From: the human T2T-CHM13v2.0 reference genome, Homo sapiens
Strand: one strand, 5' to 3'
DNA length: 64,000 nt
NCBI RefSeq assembly: GCF_009914755.1
Contig: NC_060940.1
This document shows, piece by piece, positions 1-16,213 of this stretch (positions are counted from its first letter, which is position 1; each line of letters begins with the position of its first letter). Position numbers and translations under genes: made by a program. The notes beneath the pieces are model-generated. The model had not been told where the DNA came from. It made no database searches and saw only the letters and a list, made by a program, of their open reading frames with translations.

Positions 1-640
1 GATGCAACATCCAGGTAGAACCAGCCTCGATGTCTTCTGGAGCCCAGGACCTGATCTCCAAGCTGGCCCAAGACAACGCTCAGAGTGCCACTGTTCAAGC
101 TCCTCTTGCTCCATAATCACTTTAAAGAGGCTGCCCCCACCCCCGGGGCTCAGAGGGCTTCCTGTGTCCTGACACTATGATCGTGAGCGAGCGCCGCGCT
201 CTGTTCCCAACTATGCTTCCTCATCTGTCATCCACGGCTTTTCTTTTAAGGAGTTATTTACGAAGAGGTGAAGCAATTTGCTTTTAAAAATGAAAAACAA
301 CAGAACTAGTATTTTTTGTAAGTCAGCTTGATAGGCAGTAAACAATCCTGCCAAAGCAAAGCAGAAAATGCTGAAAAGGTTCATGTCTCTTCAACGACTC
401 TGACCAAGACTTCAGAGGATGCTCCAAGGGGAGAAACATGCTCAGGGCTACAGAAGCGAGAATCATGGATACCCTAAGCTGGTCTTTCCCAGGAGCAATT
501 TTACCATGCAATTTTCCCTGGATCCTTTCTCTATCGCCCCATAACACCTCTCCCATTTGGAAACAAAAATATAATCTTTGAAAGAAAAATAGAAATCACT
601 GTCTAAATAAAAATAATACATTCCTAGCATTCATTCACCC
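1..640 (+). other. Possible end of a 3' UTR / terminal exon with polyA signal
   Basis: Repeat-free sequence with residual CpGs (GAGCGAGCGCCGCG ~185-198), AU-rich distal part, AATAAA at 606-611; repeat density rises shortly after. Gene not identified. Confidence 0.35.
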
Positions 641-1664
641 TCTTCATCCTCCTCCCTGCCCCTGCGGGGGGGAAAAATCTCATGTATCATGTTGAATTTC
701 TCATCTCTTGTGAATGCCATGCAATTGGGTAAATAAGTTCTGTGTTCAATCTTTTGTTTTTTTGTTTGTTTATTGCTTTATTCATTCACAATGGAAAGAA
801 AGACTAAACTTCAGGTAGAGATAAAAGAATATAAGATGTATTTTTAACTGTCCAAGATCATGGGATCCCCGAATTCTATTCATGATAGAATGTTTGAGCA
901 TCTGTGGACCCCAGTTTGTGAACTCTTGCCCTGAAACAAAGCCTGCCAGTTATCTGTGTTCAGTCTTTTAACAGGGGTTATTCAATTTACTCAAGCCAAC
1001 ATGAGAGGTTTCCATGACAACCTCTCAGCACATTCAGTCTTCATATAAATGAGTTATTGCTTTTATGTTCTCATACTCTAAGACAATGGGGAAATTAACA
1101 TAATGTGGTCATACAAAAAAAAAAAAAAATCAAAACAATCAAAATCCTCATATCCTCCCCAGAAACTCACAGATAGCATTCGGTGAAAAAGAACCAAAGA
1201 GAAATGAAGCCTTCACATCTGACAACACTGTTAACATTAGAGATTTCATTTCAGATGCATTTAAATGAAGCCAGACCATAATGGGGTTCAAAAAAAAGTG
1301 TATAGACATAATTAAACTGCAGAGGAAAGAGACTTAAAGTCAGGGACCCAAATTCACTTTCAGGCCATATATCCTCCAAAGATAACCACCATTCTCTGCC
1401 TCTCTTTCTGCACCCCATCCACACTAGCATTCCTGCCCCAGGACCTTCGCACATGCTCTTCCCTATGCTTGGAATGTTCTTCCCCTGCTGTTCTTCCACT
1501 GCTGCTTTGCTTAGCTAACTCCTACCCATCCTCAGGTCTCAGCTCAGCAAAGTCACTTCCTCAGGGCAGTCAAGCTTTGCCACTCATCAAGACTAGGTAA
1601 AATTTTCTTGTTAAATCTATTTATGGATTTTCCTGGTTCTTTGTATTTTTCATCATCTTAGATA

Positions 1665-2450
1665 GGTTAGGTTTCCCCAGAAACAAATCCTAAGAGAAGG
1701 TGAGACGGTTTGGCTGCGTCCCTACCCAGATCTCACCTTGAATTGTAACAATCTCCATGTGTCAAGGGCGGGGGCAGGTGGAGATAATTGAATCATAGGG
1801 GTGGTTTCCCCCATACTGTTCTCCTGATAGTAAGTCTCATGAGATCTGATGGTTTTATAAATGGGAGTTCCCCTGCACAAGCCTCTTGCCTGCTGCCGTG
1901 TAAGATGTGGCTTTGCTCCTTCTTGTCTTCCACCATGATTGTGAGGCCTTTCCAGCCATGCAGAACTGTGAGTCCATTAAACCTCTTTCCTTTATAAATG
2001 ACCCAGTCTCAGGCATGTCTTTATTAGCAGCATGAGAACAGACTAATACAGAAGGACTTGAAGATAAGTGGGTTGATTTGGAAAGTGAGCCCAGGAAACA
2101 CTGGGATGACAATAGGGAAATGAGACAGAGAAGGGAAAGGAGCTAATCCAGGTCATGTTTATAAGCAGGCTGCTACTATGGGCAACTGGGGTTCAATCCC
2201 ACTGGGGACATCTGGGAGACAGCATAGCGCCTGCCTCACCCTAAGGTATGGAAGGCAGGGCAACTGCCCTCAGCAGCTGGCTGGGGGAGATGTGCCTGTG
2301 TTGGTTTCTCTGCACTTCCAGCCTGCCCCACAAGAGCCTAGGTTATGGCAGTGAGACAAAGCCCCAGGCAGTATTGCAGATGCTTGCAGTAGGAATGGTG
2401 AGTTCCTATGCCAGAGGACATAGGCAAGGCAACAACTACATCTGCCACCT
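1665..2450 (-). mobile_element. Old ERVL LTR (LTR33-like) split by a THE1 insertion
   Basis: GGTTTCCCCAGAAACAAATCCTAAGAGAAGG continues as ACTTGAAGATAAGTGGGTTGATTTGGAAAGTGAGCCCAGGAAACAC after 2055; resembles the LTR33 end. Confidence 0.6.
1701..2050 (+). mobile_element. THE1-family MaLR solo LTR
   Basis: TGAGACGGTTTGGCTG...GACTAATACA termini, 350 bp, perfect 5-bp TSD GAAGG (1696-1700, 2051-2055). Confidence 0.93.
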
Positions 2451-2595
2451 TCCCCAATGCAAACAGCATAATTATTGCTGGAGACTGGAGATCAGTGGAA
2501 TAGAAGACAGAAGATTTAATTCAAAGCCATTAGACAAAAAATAATAGTCCCATTGAAGACAAAGGCATGGGAATACGGGGAAGGTATAAATCCAC

Positions 2596-3435
2596 ATGAA
2601 TAGACAATTTTCAAAAGAAGATAAACAAATGGCCAACAAACATGTGAAAAAATGCTCAACATCACTAATGATCAGGGAAACGCAAATCAAAACCACAATG
2701 CGATACCGCCTTACTCCTGCAAGAATGACCAGAATCAAAAAATCAAAACATAATAGATGTTGGCATGGAGGTGGTGAAAAGGGAACACTTCTACACTGCT
2801 GGCGGGAATGTAAACTAGTACAACCACCTTGGAAGACAGTGTGGAGATTCCTTAAAGAAAAGTAGCACCACCATTTGATCTGGCAATCCCACTACTGGGT
2901 ATCTACCCTGAGGAAAAGAAATCATTATATGAGAAAGATACTTGCACATGCATGTTTATAGCAGCACAATTCACAACTGCAAAAATATGAAACCAGCTCA
3001 AATGCCTATCAATCAACGAGTGGATAAAGAAACTGTGGTATATATATGCCATATACCAGCAGTATATTTATACTACTCAGCCATAATAAGGAATGAATTA
3101 ATGGCATTCACAGCAACCTGGATGGAACTGGAGATTATTATTCTAGGTGAAGTAACTCAGGAATGGAAAACCAAACGTCGTATGTTCTCACTCACAAGTG
3201 GGAGCTAAGCTATGAGGATGCAAAGGCATAAGAATGATACAATGGACTCTGGGGACTCGGGGGAAAGGGTGGGAGGGGGTGAGGGATAAAAGACTACAAA
3301 TTGGGTTCAGTGTGTACTGCTCAGATAATGGCTGCACCAAAATCTCACAAATCACTATTAAAGAACTTACTCACATAACCAAATACCACCTGTTCCCCAA
3401 AACCCTATGGAAATAAAAAATTTTAAAAATAAAAA
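2596..3435 (+). mobile_element. 5'-truncated L1 (L1PB-like): ORF2 C-terminal remnant, 3' UTR, A tail
   Basis: ORF 2596-2865 gives ORF2p-like [20 protein letters not shown]...[23 protein letters not shown]; L1 3' UTR and AATAAA/A tail; TSD ATAAATCCACATGA (2586-2599) / ATAAATTTACATGA (3436-3449). Confidence 0.93.
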
Positions 3436-3939
3436 ATAAATTTACATGATATAAAAGACCTTGACTCTAGGCCTGGGTGACTGATTATATACTGGGGTAC
3501 AGGTTTTAGTCAAAGAGCTGGAGACTATATGGAAGAGGGGTGTCTAAGGCCCTCTCTGACATTCTAACAACCCCCATCATCTCTTTTGCTGGCCAGGGGC
3601 CCACCTGGTAGGACAGTCCAATCCAGGGTAATTCTGGCTCACAGGTCACGCAATACCAATCTTTGGTCCCAAGGTTAGGAGTGGCTGCTCTCACAATGGA
3701 CTTTATAATAACCTCTCCAACCTCTGTTTGTTGAGCTTAGATTCTTAAGCCTCTAAGCTTCTGATGACTCTTACTAGAGAAAGTAATATAATTACCCATC
3801 AATAGAGAAATGGCTCATTCAGCAAGGATATATCTGTTCAATCAAATATATTTGTTCAATCAAATCACTAAAAACAATGGCCGTTTAAGAGTACATATAC
3901 AAAAGGTACGTGTGCAACAGTATAATAAGAGCAAACCTA

Positions 3940-4060
3940 AATTATGCTTGTTGTTCACTGATTGTCTCCCCACAGTAGCATGGAAGTTCAGCAAGAGCAG
4001 GGATCTTTGTTTTTGTTCAATGCTAGGTCCTCAGCACCTAGGACTGTGCCAGGCACAAAA
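3940..4060 (+). mobile_element. L2 3'-end fragment
   Basis: GTCTCCCCACAGTAGCATGGAAGTTCAGCAAGAGCAGGGATCTTTGT...CAGCACCTAGGACTGTGCCAGGCACA resembles the L2 tail. Confidence 0.7.
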
Positions 4061-4133
4061 ACATCCAGCACCCACCAAGGTAAAATTTACAATGTCTGAC
4101 ATCCCATAAAAGTTACTTTAAAAATAGAGGCTG

Positions 4134-5050
<917 letters not shown>

Positions 5051-5489
5051 TCAATTTTACAATAAAATAAAAGTGACTCAGCCTACCCTGGGTGGGGTTA
5101 AGGGCTGGCCTCTATCACACCTATCAGCTCCCAGAGGTCCTGGATCCCCCAGAAGCTGCTAGGAGGGGCTGAGGGCCATTACTCAGAAGTGCAGAGTGGA
5201 GCAAGCTTTGACCAATAAGAGACAGGAAACAGCAGGAGCTGGCAGATGACTGACTCCAGAGTTATCCCATGCTTGTGTTTCTGGGAAACTGCAACTCCAC
5301 TAGGCAATATGCACTTCTTTGGTTTTGCTCTTCCTCTTTCTCTCTTTCCCTTATCCCTGCTTTCTTGAGATTGCGTGACCCAATGAAACATTCACATATT
5401 TGTATCAGGCACTGTTGGTAGGCTAAGATAACCTCCATCCCCAAAACCTATGACACATGGGGTATCTCCTGAAGGATGCCATTCAAGTT

Positions 5490-6370
5490 AATCCCCAAAC
5501 ATTATGGCTTAAAGCCACAACTGTTTTTATTATAGATCATGATTTTGAGGGTCAGGAATTCAAGCAGGACCCAGCTGGGCAGTTCTTCTGCTCACACAGT
5601 ATCATCTGAGGTCACTCAGTAGTATTCAGAGGGCTTCGGGGCTGCTCTGAAGGGTCTAGTGCAGTTTTAGTGATGTGCCAGGCACCTTGGTGGGTGTATT
5701 AGTCCATTTTCATGCTCTTAATAAAGACATACCTGAGACTGGGTCATTTTTACAGGAAAGAGGTTTAATGGACTCAGAGTTCCACATGGCTGGGGAGCCT
5801 CGCAATCATGGTGGAAGGCAAGGAGGAGCAAGTCACGTCTTACATGGATGGCAGCAGGCAAAAAGAGAGCTTGTGCAGGGAAACTCCCTGTTATAAAACC
5901 ATCAGATCTCATGAGACTTACTATCATGAGAATAGCATGAGAAAGACCCACCCCCATGATTCAATTACCTCCCACCGGGTCCCTCTCACAACATGTGAGA
6001 ATTCAAGATGAGATTTGGATGGGGACACAGCCAAATCATATCAGTGGGACAGGATGGAAGCTGGGCTCAGAGCAACTTCTCTCCCTTTCCATGTCATCTC
6101 AGAGTCTCTCCAGGTTTCCCTCCAGCAAAAGCCCTCAGATTTCTCACACAGTGGCTCAGGGGTTTAAAACCAAGAGTTCCAAGAGGTGTAAGGCAGAAAC
6201 TGCATGATCCCTTAAATGCCAGGACCAGAACCATCATGGTGTCACTTCTATGGCAATCTATTCGTCAAAGCAGTCACAGGCCAGCCCAGGCTCAGGAAAA
6301 GGGAAATAGACCCCATTTCTGAATGCATGGGGTATCAAACAGTTTGCACTCATCTTTGACCTGCCACAGA
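5490..6370 (-). mobile_element. MLT1-family LTR interrupted by THE1
   Basis: CCCCAAAACATTATGGCTTAAAGCCACAAC...GGTCAGGAATTC...CAGTCACAGGCCAGCCCAGGCTCA...CTGCCACA, typical of a reverse MLT1. Confidence 0.75.
5695..6043 (-). mobile_element. THE1 (THE1B-like) solo LTR
   Basis: TGTATTAGTCC...CCAAATCATATCA; perfect TSD GTGGG (5690-5694, 6044-6048). Confidence 0.93.
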
Positions 6371-6519
6371 TACACAAGAAACTGGGAGGAGGGGTGGGTG
6401 GAAGACTGAAGCATTAGAGTAAGAGGGGCTCCTTCATCCTCCGGTCATCATTTGCCATGTGCACGTCTGACTTTTTTCAAATAAAAACTGGGGAAGGACA
6501 AAAAGTGGGGAGGAACCAT

Positions 6520-7090
6520 GTCAATAAGCTGAATCCTCATCTTCTATGGCACAGAGTCAATAGAAAATGTCTTAAATTGATAAATCAAGAAACAGCCACA
6601 TAAGCATCTTATTTGGAGTTACAGAGATAAATAACCGAAGACCTAAAAATGGAAACAACATTTCAAGCACTTGCCTCCGGGAAATAAGACTTAAGGAGGG
6701 GAGAGAGGAGAGAAGGGGCCAGGAACCGCTGCTTTCATTAGCAGCTCCTCTGTACTTTAACTTTGTACGATGTGCTCATATTACTATGATTTTTTTTTTT
6801 AAATTCAAAAGGGAAAAAAATAAGAACAAAATGATGATGGTTATTTTTAAAACTATGTAATTAAACCTGGAAAAATCTCATTTTGCTAAACGGAAAAAAA
6901 GTAGCAGGATACTAAACTATATTAATAGTATGGTCATAAGTATGTTTAATAAAGAAAGAGAAAAACATATATGGGAGGAGAAAAATCTGAAGAAATTTAC
7001 TACCAAATGATAGTGGGTGGGTTTCTCTACTTTTCTAGGTTTCCCACATTTTCAGCAACGTGATTCTCATACTTTCCTAATGAAAAGAAA
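6520..7090 (+). mobile_element. Ancient L1M 3'-region fragments
   Basis: AT-rich, L1ME-like phrases (ATTGATAAATCAAGAAA, TTGCCTCCGGG, GAAATTTACTACCAAATG); highly diverged. Confidence 0.5.
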
Positions 7091-7115
7091 TACATTCATT
7101 ACATAAAATAAATTA

Positions 7116-7757
<642 letters not shown>

Positions 7758-7984
7758 TGAGCCGAGCATCAATTAAATAAAATGCCAGAAGGGTCTCTGA
7801 AGAACTTTCCACAATAGAAGTGTATTTTAAGTCCCTGAGCCTTCATCTCATGCCTATGGACAGGGGACTCTTTGCACTGGTTCTGGAACGCTCCAGTCCA
7901 CCATGCCCACGGATTTAGTTAGGAAACCTTCCCAGAAAGAACTTAGTCCATGTCATTTCAAAATGAATTAATTCAACTCAACAG

Positions 7985-8053
7985 GAACTTTTGTAAGCCT
8001 CCAATGTATGCGGTTCTGAACTTTTGTAAGCCTCCAATGTTTCCAGTTCTGAA
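7985..8053. repeat. 33-bp-period tandem duplication
   Basis: GAACTTTTGTAAGCCTCCAATGT at 7985 and 8018, each followed by a GTTCTGAA-containing spacer. Confidence 0.9.
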
Positions 8054-8064
8054 TCTGGAATGCT

Positions 8065-8760
<696 letters not shown>

Positions 8761-8799
8761 AAGATTTGTCATGATCAGAAGAGACAGTCCCAAACCAGC

Positions 8800-9200
8800 A
8801 CTCACTTGGGGGCTCTGGGACTGGACTCCCTAAATTGGAATCTCAGCCCCATCATGTGAGCTCAAAGTGCTTCACCTCACTGTGCCTCAGTTTCCATGTC
8901 TGTAAAACAGGGTAGAAGTAGAACTTATCTCAGAAGAGTTATAAGAATTAAACTAGAGAAGAAGTGAGCATTGTTTATATGTGCTTGTTGCTATGGATCC
9001 AAAACTGCCAGTAATAACAATAATAATAATAATAATAATAGCTTATGCTTTCGTTGAGCCCTTGCTTTGCACCTGGCCAGTGACAGGCACATTATCAGTA
9101 ACACAAATGCAAGTATCTCATCTAACCCTTGCATCAACGCTCAGAGATGGGTTTTATCAACATCCCCATTTTACAGATGAGGAAAACTGAGGCAGAGCAG
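8800..9200. mobile_element. Two oppositely oriented MIR remnants around an (AAT)n tract
   Basis: TGTGCCTCAGTTTCCATGTCTGTAAAA at ~8880 and CCCCATTTTACAGATGAGGAAAACTGAGGCA at ~9165. Confidence 0.8.
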
Positions 9201-9848
9201 TTGCACAACGTCGCAGCTGTTCCTGGTGCTTCACCCAGATCCTCATTGCCAGTAAACCACTCATCATTCAGCCTTTGCTGATCTGTGCCTAATGGCTTAT
9301 ACCAATACTTTCTCCGGAGAATTCCTTAGCTAGCAAAAGCCATTTCACCCAGGGAGTTATGCTCTCACATGCTGAACTGGCCAATGACTAAGCGATATGA
9401 GGCGAGAGGAGTCACACAAAAGTCCAGTCCTCCTGCTTCAAGGCAGAATACACTCCAGAGACCCACGTGAGATCAAGGCTAGCCTCAGCCTGAGAGCCCA
9501 TTCTTGCTTGGCTCTGTCCCCTCCCCCATCATCCTCCTTCCCTCACTTTCCTTCTCCTGAGAACCCCCACCTTGAATAAACCGCACCTACCCAAATCTCA
9601 TTCTCGGGCTTCCAAGGAACCCAACCCGTCACACAACTTGCAGGGATTCGGACCAGGTTTTCTCCTTCCAAAGGGCCCCACGTGAAACCACCAAGCTGCA
9701 CCAGGCTCATCTCAAAATCAGAGTCATGGGATCAAAGAACAGTTGCTGATGCCAACCCCTGCCGGCATGAGCCCACCGCTGGGGAAACAAGGCGAACCAG
9801 ACATCTCAGACTAGAGGAGTGAATCCAAGGAGAGAAGATGACAGGAGG

Positions 9849-10198
9849 TTTATTTGTTCTCACGCTGCTAATAAAGACCTACCCGAGACTGAGTAATTTA
9901 CAAAGGAAAGAGGTTGAATGGACTCACAGTTCCACAAGGCTGAGGAGGTCTCACAATCATGGTGGAAGGCCAGAGAACAGCGAAGTCACATGCTACACAG
10001 CGGCAGGCAAGAGAGCTTGCGCAGCGGAACTCCCATTTATAAAACCATCAGATCTCGTGAGACTTACTCACTACCATGAGAACCGTATGCGGAAACTGCC
10101 CCCATGTTTTAATTATCTCCACCTGGCCCCGCCCTTGACACGTGGGGATTATTACAATTCAAGGTGAGTTTGGATGGGGATACAGCCAGACCATATCA
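9849..10198 (-). mobile_element. THE1-family solo LTR
   Basis: GTTCTCACGCTGCTAATAAAGAC...CAGCCAGACCATATCA. Confidence 0.9.
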
Positions 10199-10299
10199 GG
10201 AGAGGGCACAGCATTAGGACGCAGCCGGTGGTACTGTAATTCGGGTCGGGGGAGGTTGCTGAAATACACTCATAAGGGTAGTTTAAAAAGAGCATCATC

Positions 10300-10599
10300 G
10301 GCCGGGCGCGGTGGCTCACGCCTGTAATCCCAGCACTTTGGGAGGCCGAGGCGGGCGGCTCACGAGGTCAGGAGTTGGAGACCAACCTGGCCAGCATGGT
10401 GAAACCTCGTCTATACAAAAAATATAAAAAATTAGCTGGGCATGGTGGCACGTGCCTGTAATCCCAAGCTGCTCGGGAGGCTGAGGCAGGAGAATTGCTT
10501 GAACCTGGCAGGCGGAGGTTGCAGTGAGCCAAGATCATTGCACTGTTGCACACCAGCCTGGGCAACATAGCAAGACTCCGTCTCAAACAAACAAAAAAA
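10300..10599 (+). mobile_element. AluS
   Basis: GGCCGGGCGCGGTGGCTCACGCCTGTAATCCC start; full dimer. Confidence 0.95.
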
Positions 10600-11924
10600 G
10601 GGGGAGGGGCGGGGCTTTAGACAGATCCAAGCTCAACCCTGCAAGTTGCCGAGACTCCGTTTCTTTATCTGTAACATGGAGATCACGATGTTCACCTCGC
10701 AGAGTAGATTAAGCAGCTGGCATGTGTGAAGTGCCCAGCACTGTGTCTAGCATATGCTAGGTACTTGGCATGTGTTTCTTTCTTTCCCTCCCTTGTTCAA
10801 GGCCACATAGTCCATGACTGGCAGAGCTAGAAGCCTTCTCATTTATCCAAAATCAAAGAACTTCTACAAAATAGAAACAGCCCCCTGCCCCCTCCTGCCC
10901 CCGCCCGCCTGCTACCTTAATAGGTTGTTTCCCAGTTATTCAATGCAAGAGACTTAGCCCAGCTAAAGTTATTCAAAATCGACCTTGAGATCAGGAACAA
11001 ATTGGCTACAGCAGTCAGCGATTGGCAAATGCAATCTAAATGCCCCAGGCGGCATTAGAGCCTTCCACGTTGACAGGAAGAGTCAATGTGCATCTTGGAA
11101 AAATCTGAGAAAAAAAAATTAAAGGTCACCGCGTTTGTAGGCAGAATGGGTTTTCTTGAGACCATTACAAACAGACTGCCTAAATTGCAAAGATTCCAGG
11201 CTTGACAGCTCCCGGAGGACTCCAGATGGAAAGAACACCACCCCCATCTCTTATACATCCAGGCTGCTGTCTGTGGATGTCCGAAGGTTTTCCCACCACC
11301 CATGCTATTGTTGAAATTCCACAATCAACCTGCAATGCCCCAGTGAACCATTTTGCTGGGATGGGAGGACCAACTTAGGGCCAACCCTGTGTTCCAAGGG
11401 GCTGACCAGGCAGGACAGCCAAGGAGGCACAAGTCTGTAAGATGGGTCCAAACATTTCTGTAGGAAGGGGGTCTTGAGCCAAAGCAGGAAAAATCAAACC
11501 CCAACACAAAGTGTAGAGAGAGTCGGATCATAAATCACACACAGACAGGGTCCGAGAAACATGGGCTGGGGACCAGCAGACGACAGGCTAGGATAATTGA
11601 TCATTAGAACATCTGTGCTGTTTTTGTTGTAAGAATAGTATCAATATTAATAACAACAGCAAATATATATTGAGTGGCTTCTGGAGCCAGGCACTGTGGT
11701 AAACTTTTGCACGTATCCTCTCACTTAATCCTCACAGTGCTCTACAAAGTGGGTACTGGTTTCATGCCCATTTCACAGAGAACATATCTGAGGCTCAGAG
11801 AGGCATCTACAAGGTCAACCAGGTAATCAGGAAAGCCAGATTTCAAGGGCTTGTCCACATCACTCTATGACATGTGGGGAACTCAAGTGTGTGTTGGCTT
11901 AACTCAAATAAATAGTACAAGTTA

Positions 11925-12252
<328 letters not shown>

Positions 12253-12319
12253 AAATAAATAGTAAAAGTTACTTCTCAACACGAGCCAGTCATTTTTTAA
12301 AGTATCTTACATTTTTCTT

Positions 12320-13345
<1,026 letters not shown>

Positions 13346-14961
13346 GATACATTTACACGTGAATATGTGCACATACTATACATGTGCATATTATATAGGA
13401 TACATATGTGTGGCCGTGTTACATGGAAATAGATACGTATAAATCCTTAAAATGTATCTCCATATGTGGGATATTTATACATATCTATTTGGGAGATAGT
13501 AAATGGGGTAGAATTTGGAGACTGCTAAATTTGCATTCTTGCGTTGACACAAGCTGTGCATTTTGGGGGAAATTACTTGACATCTCTGAGCACATTTTCT
13601 CCTTTGTAACATGGAGATAAAGATGAAGCTTATCTCATAGGATTACTGTGAGAGTTGAGTAAAATAATACACGTAATGGGCTTAGCAGGGAGCCTAACAC
13701 ACACTCGCTCACACCCATTCATTCAATAAATGTTATTGAGTAACCACATTTGCCAGGCCCTCTTATTGGTGTTTAGAACACAGTTACTAGCTGTGGAGAA
13801 AAAAGCAAAAATAAAAAGGATAAGGAGAGCCAGCAGCCCCGGAGGAGGAGGGAGGGAGGCATAGGATGTGCCTGTGCCTGGCACGTAGTAAGTGCTCAAT
13901 TATTGGTAGCCATTTTTATTCTCAAAGTGATTAACGTGAGAACAAGGGGGTCAACTGGAGATTTAAAAAATAATAATCAGTCTCTCTGCTCCGCAGCAGA
14001 CCCCTGAGACCCTTGGCAAACCCCAGCAATAGATCAAGGACCTTCAGTAGGTGAATACAGTCGCAGGAACTGCTAGAGCTGACACATAGTCCCTGCAACT
14101 CCAGCCAGACGCCAGCACCAGCTGCCACTGGGAGATGTGAGCTTGGCTTCTCCATGAAAGAGAAAGATTCCTGGGGCCTCAGCCGTGCCTCAAACCCACT
14201 GATAACATCAAACACACATTGCTGGGGGGAGCCGGCCAGGTGCTCAGAAGCTGCAGGGTGACCCTGCGTGTAGGTGTCGGGAAGTCAGCAGCGACTCGGG
14301 GGTGGAGAAACACCCACACCTTTGCAAACACTCTTAATGTAATGCACTGCCCTTGAGGCCACCTCCCGTTTTTTTGGCCCTAATTGGCATGTTTTTCTAT
14401 CTCCTCAGAAACAGCCACGGGAGACAACATTCCATAGCAGTTAAAAGTGTGGTCTCTGGGTTTGCAACCAGACTATTCCCCACCAGCTGCAACCTTGGGC
14501 GAGACACTTAACCCCAGGAGCTTCCCCTCCCGTGGTTGTGATGATTAAATGAGATAACCAGATAACCCCTTAGATGGCAAACACTCAGCACAGTGCCTGA
14601 TGCTCATCATTGTGGCTTTTATTACGGACTCATTTTATAAACGAGGACATCAAGGCCCAGACAGCTTAAGCCATTTGCTCAAGGTCAGAAGGTCACTCTA
14701 ACCTTGCCATCAAACCTTGGGATTTTCTTTTTCCTCCATCACACCATCCCCAACTGATCTACTCCTCAAGTGAATTTCAGAAATCCTCCAAAGATGAATT
14801 TTGATCTACCTAGAGCTGTGCTGACTTAACTGGAGCATAGCACATATTTTCAAAACAGGAGGAAACTTGACCACAGCTTTGAGCCATGTGGATGATAAAG
14901 TCATCGTAGGTGAACTTGAGACTGGGATTCGGCCCTTGTGTCGATTGTGATTAGCACAGAG

Positions 14962-15596
14962 TGAAGCAGCGTCATTCTCTCGGGGGTAATACCCGAGATT
15001 CGTTGCCTCATACCAAAAACATTAAGGACACAGACACACACAAAGAGTGAGTTTAAAAGCAGAGGTTTAATAGGCAAAAGAATGAGAAAGGAGAACGCTG
15101 TCTCTCTTCCGAGAGGGGGGCACCCAGTGGGACTTCTGGCCCAAGTCAGAGTGCACCAGATTTTACACGGTTGGGGAGGCGGTGCCTGATTTACTAGGGC
15201 CCAAAGATTGGTTGCACCAGGTGTGACATTTACATAGCGCATGGGGAAGTTGGCCGCCCCACCCTAGTGTTATTATGCAAATGGGGTCTTTGCCTGGCTG
15301 GCTCCTTGTTGCCTGCTCCTTACTGTACACATGGCTGGCAAAGAGAAGGGAAGATGGAGCTGCCGTGTTGGACGTGCCTAGCCCCAGCTAGCCTTTTCTT
15401 ATGGGCGGAGCTGCCGGCATTCACCCGTGCAAGCTTCCAGCTTGCTTGCCTATGTCTGCAGCTTGATTTTACAGGATGCTCTCCGTTAGAAAAGAAAAAT
15501 GATTTGGGGACTGCTTTTCATTAAAAGGAAAACCTTACTGAGGACTTCCTTACCCTCACTATCTGCCTAAATAATTTCTTCTTAACTCTTACATCA
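14962..15596 (-). mobile_element. ERV1 (MER4-group, MER51-like) solo LTR
   Basis: Minus strand begins TGATGTAAGAGTTAAGAAGAAATTATTTAGGCAGATAGTGAGGG and ends ...GACGCTGCTTCA; ~635 bp with CCAAT and ATTAAA; no TSD seen. Confidence 0.8.
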
Positions 15597-15669
15597 GTAA
15601 TATGAACTCAACAGACTGAAAGTAACAATCAGATCACAAACACAGATGTCTACAGAGTCTGGAGGTTTC

Positions 15670-15762
15670 TAGGGTGACTATCCATCCTGGCTTGAGCACT
15701 GCAAGTCCCACACTCTGGGAATCCGCTCGGGCCTGGGCAAACCAAGACAGCTGGTCACCCTC
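15670..15762. mobile_element. MER81-like hAT-Blackjack MITE (internally deleted)
   Basis: Terminal inverted repeats TAGGGTGAC...GGTCACCCT. Confidence 0.75.
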
Positions 15763-15999
15763 GCCGTAACATAAGTGAGTGAAGGTATAAAAAGCTGTGC
15801 CTGTCTCAGCGTTTTCCACTTCTGAGAAGCAATCATGTATGGTGGTTAAAAGCAAGGACTCTAGAGCCAGACTCACTTGGTCTATACCCCACCTCCGTTG
15901 CCTACCAGCTGCAGGACCTCACACAGGATTACCCAACCTCACCATGCTTCCGTTTCCTCACATATAAAATAGAGATATTAGAGCCCCCTACCCTAGGTC

Positions 16000-16213
16000 A
16001 GCCTCAACACCACTGACATTTTGGACCTGATCGTCCTTTACTGGGGAGTCTGGGGACAGCCCTGTGCCTTGTAGGATGTTTAGCAGCATCCATGGCCTCT
16101 ACGTACTGGATGACAGTAGCACAGTATGCCCTAGTTGTGACAATCAAAAATGTCTCCAGACATTGCCAAATGTCCCTTATGGGGATAGAAGTGTCCCCAG
16201 TTGAGAACCAGTG
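16000..16213 (+). mobile_element. MER20 hAT-Charlie element
   Basis: CACTGACATTTTGGACC..GGATGTTTAGCAGCATCC..AAAATGTCTCCAGACATTGCCAAATGTCCC..TTGAGAACCAGTG. Confidence 0.9.

Noticed and set aside
2596-3208. ORFs with L1 ORF2p-like peptides
   Set aside because: Fragmented C-terminal remnant of a 5'-truncated L1; no RT or endonuclease domain.
15365-15455. p53-like half sites in the ERV1 LTR (GGACGTGCCT, GCTTGCCT)
   Set aside because: No complete adjacent RRRCWWGYYY pair.
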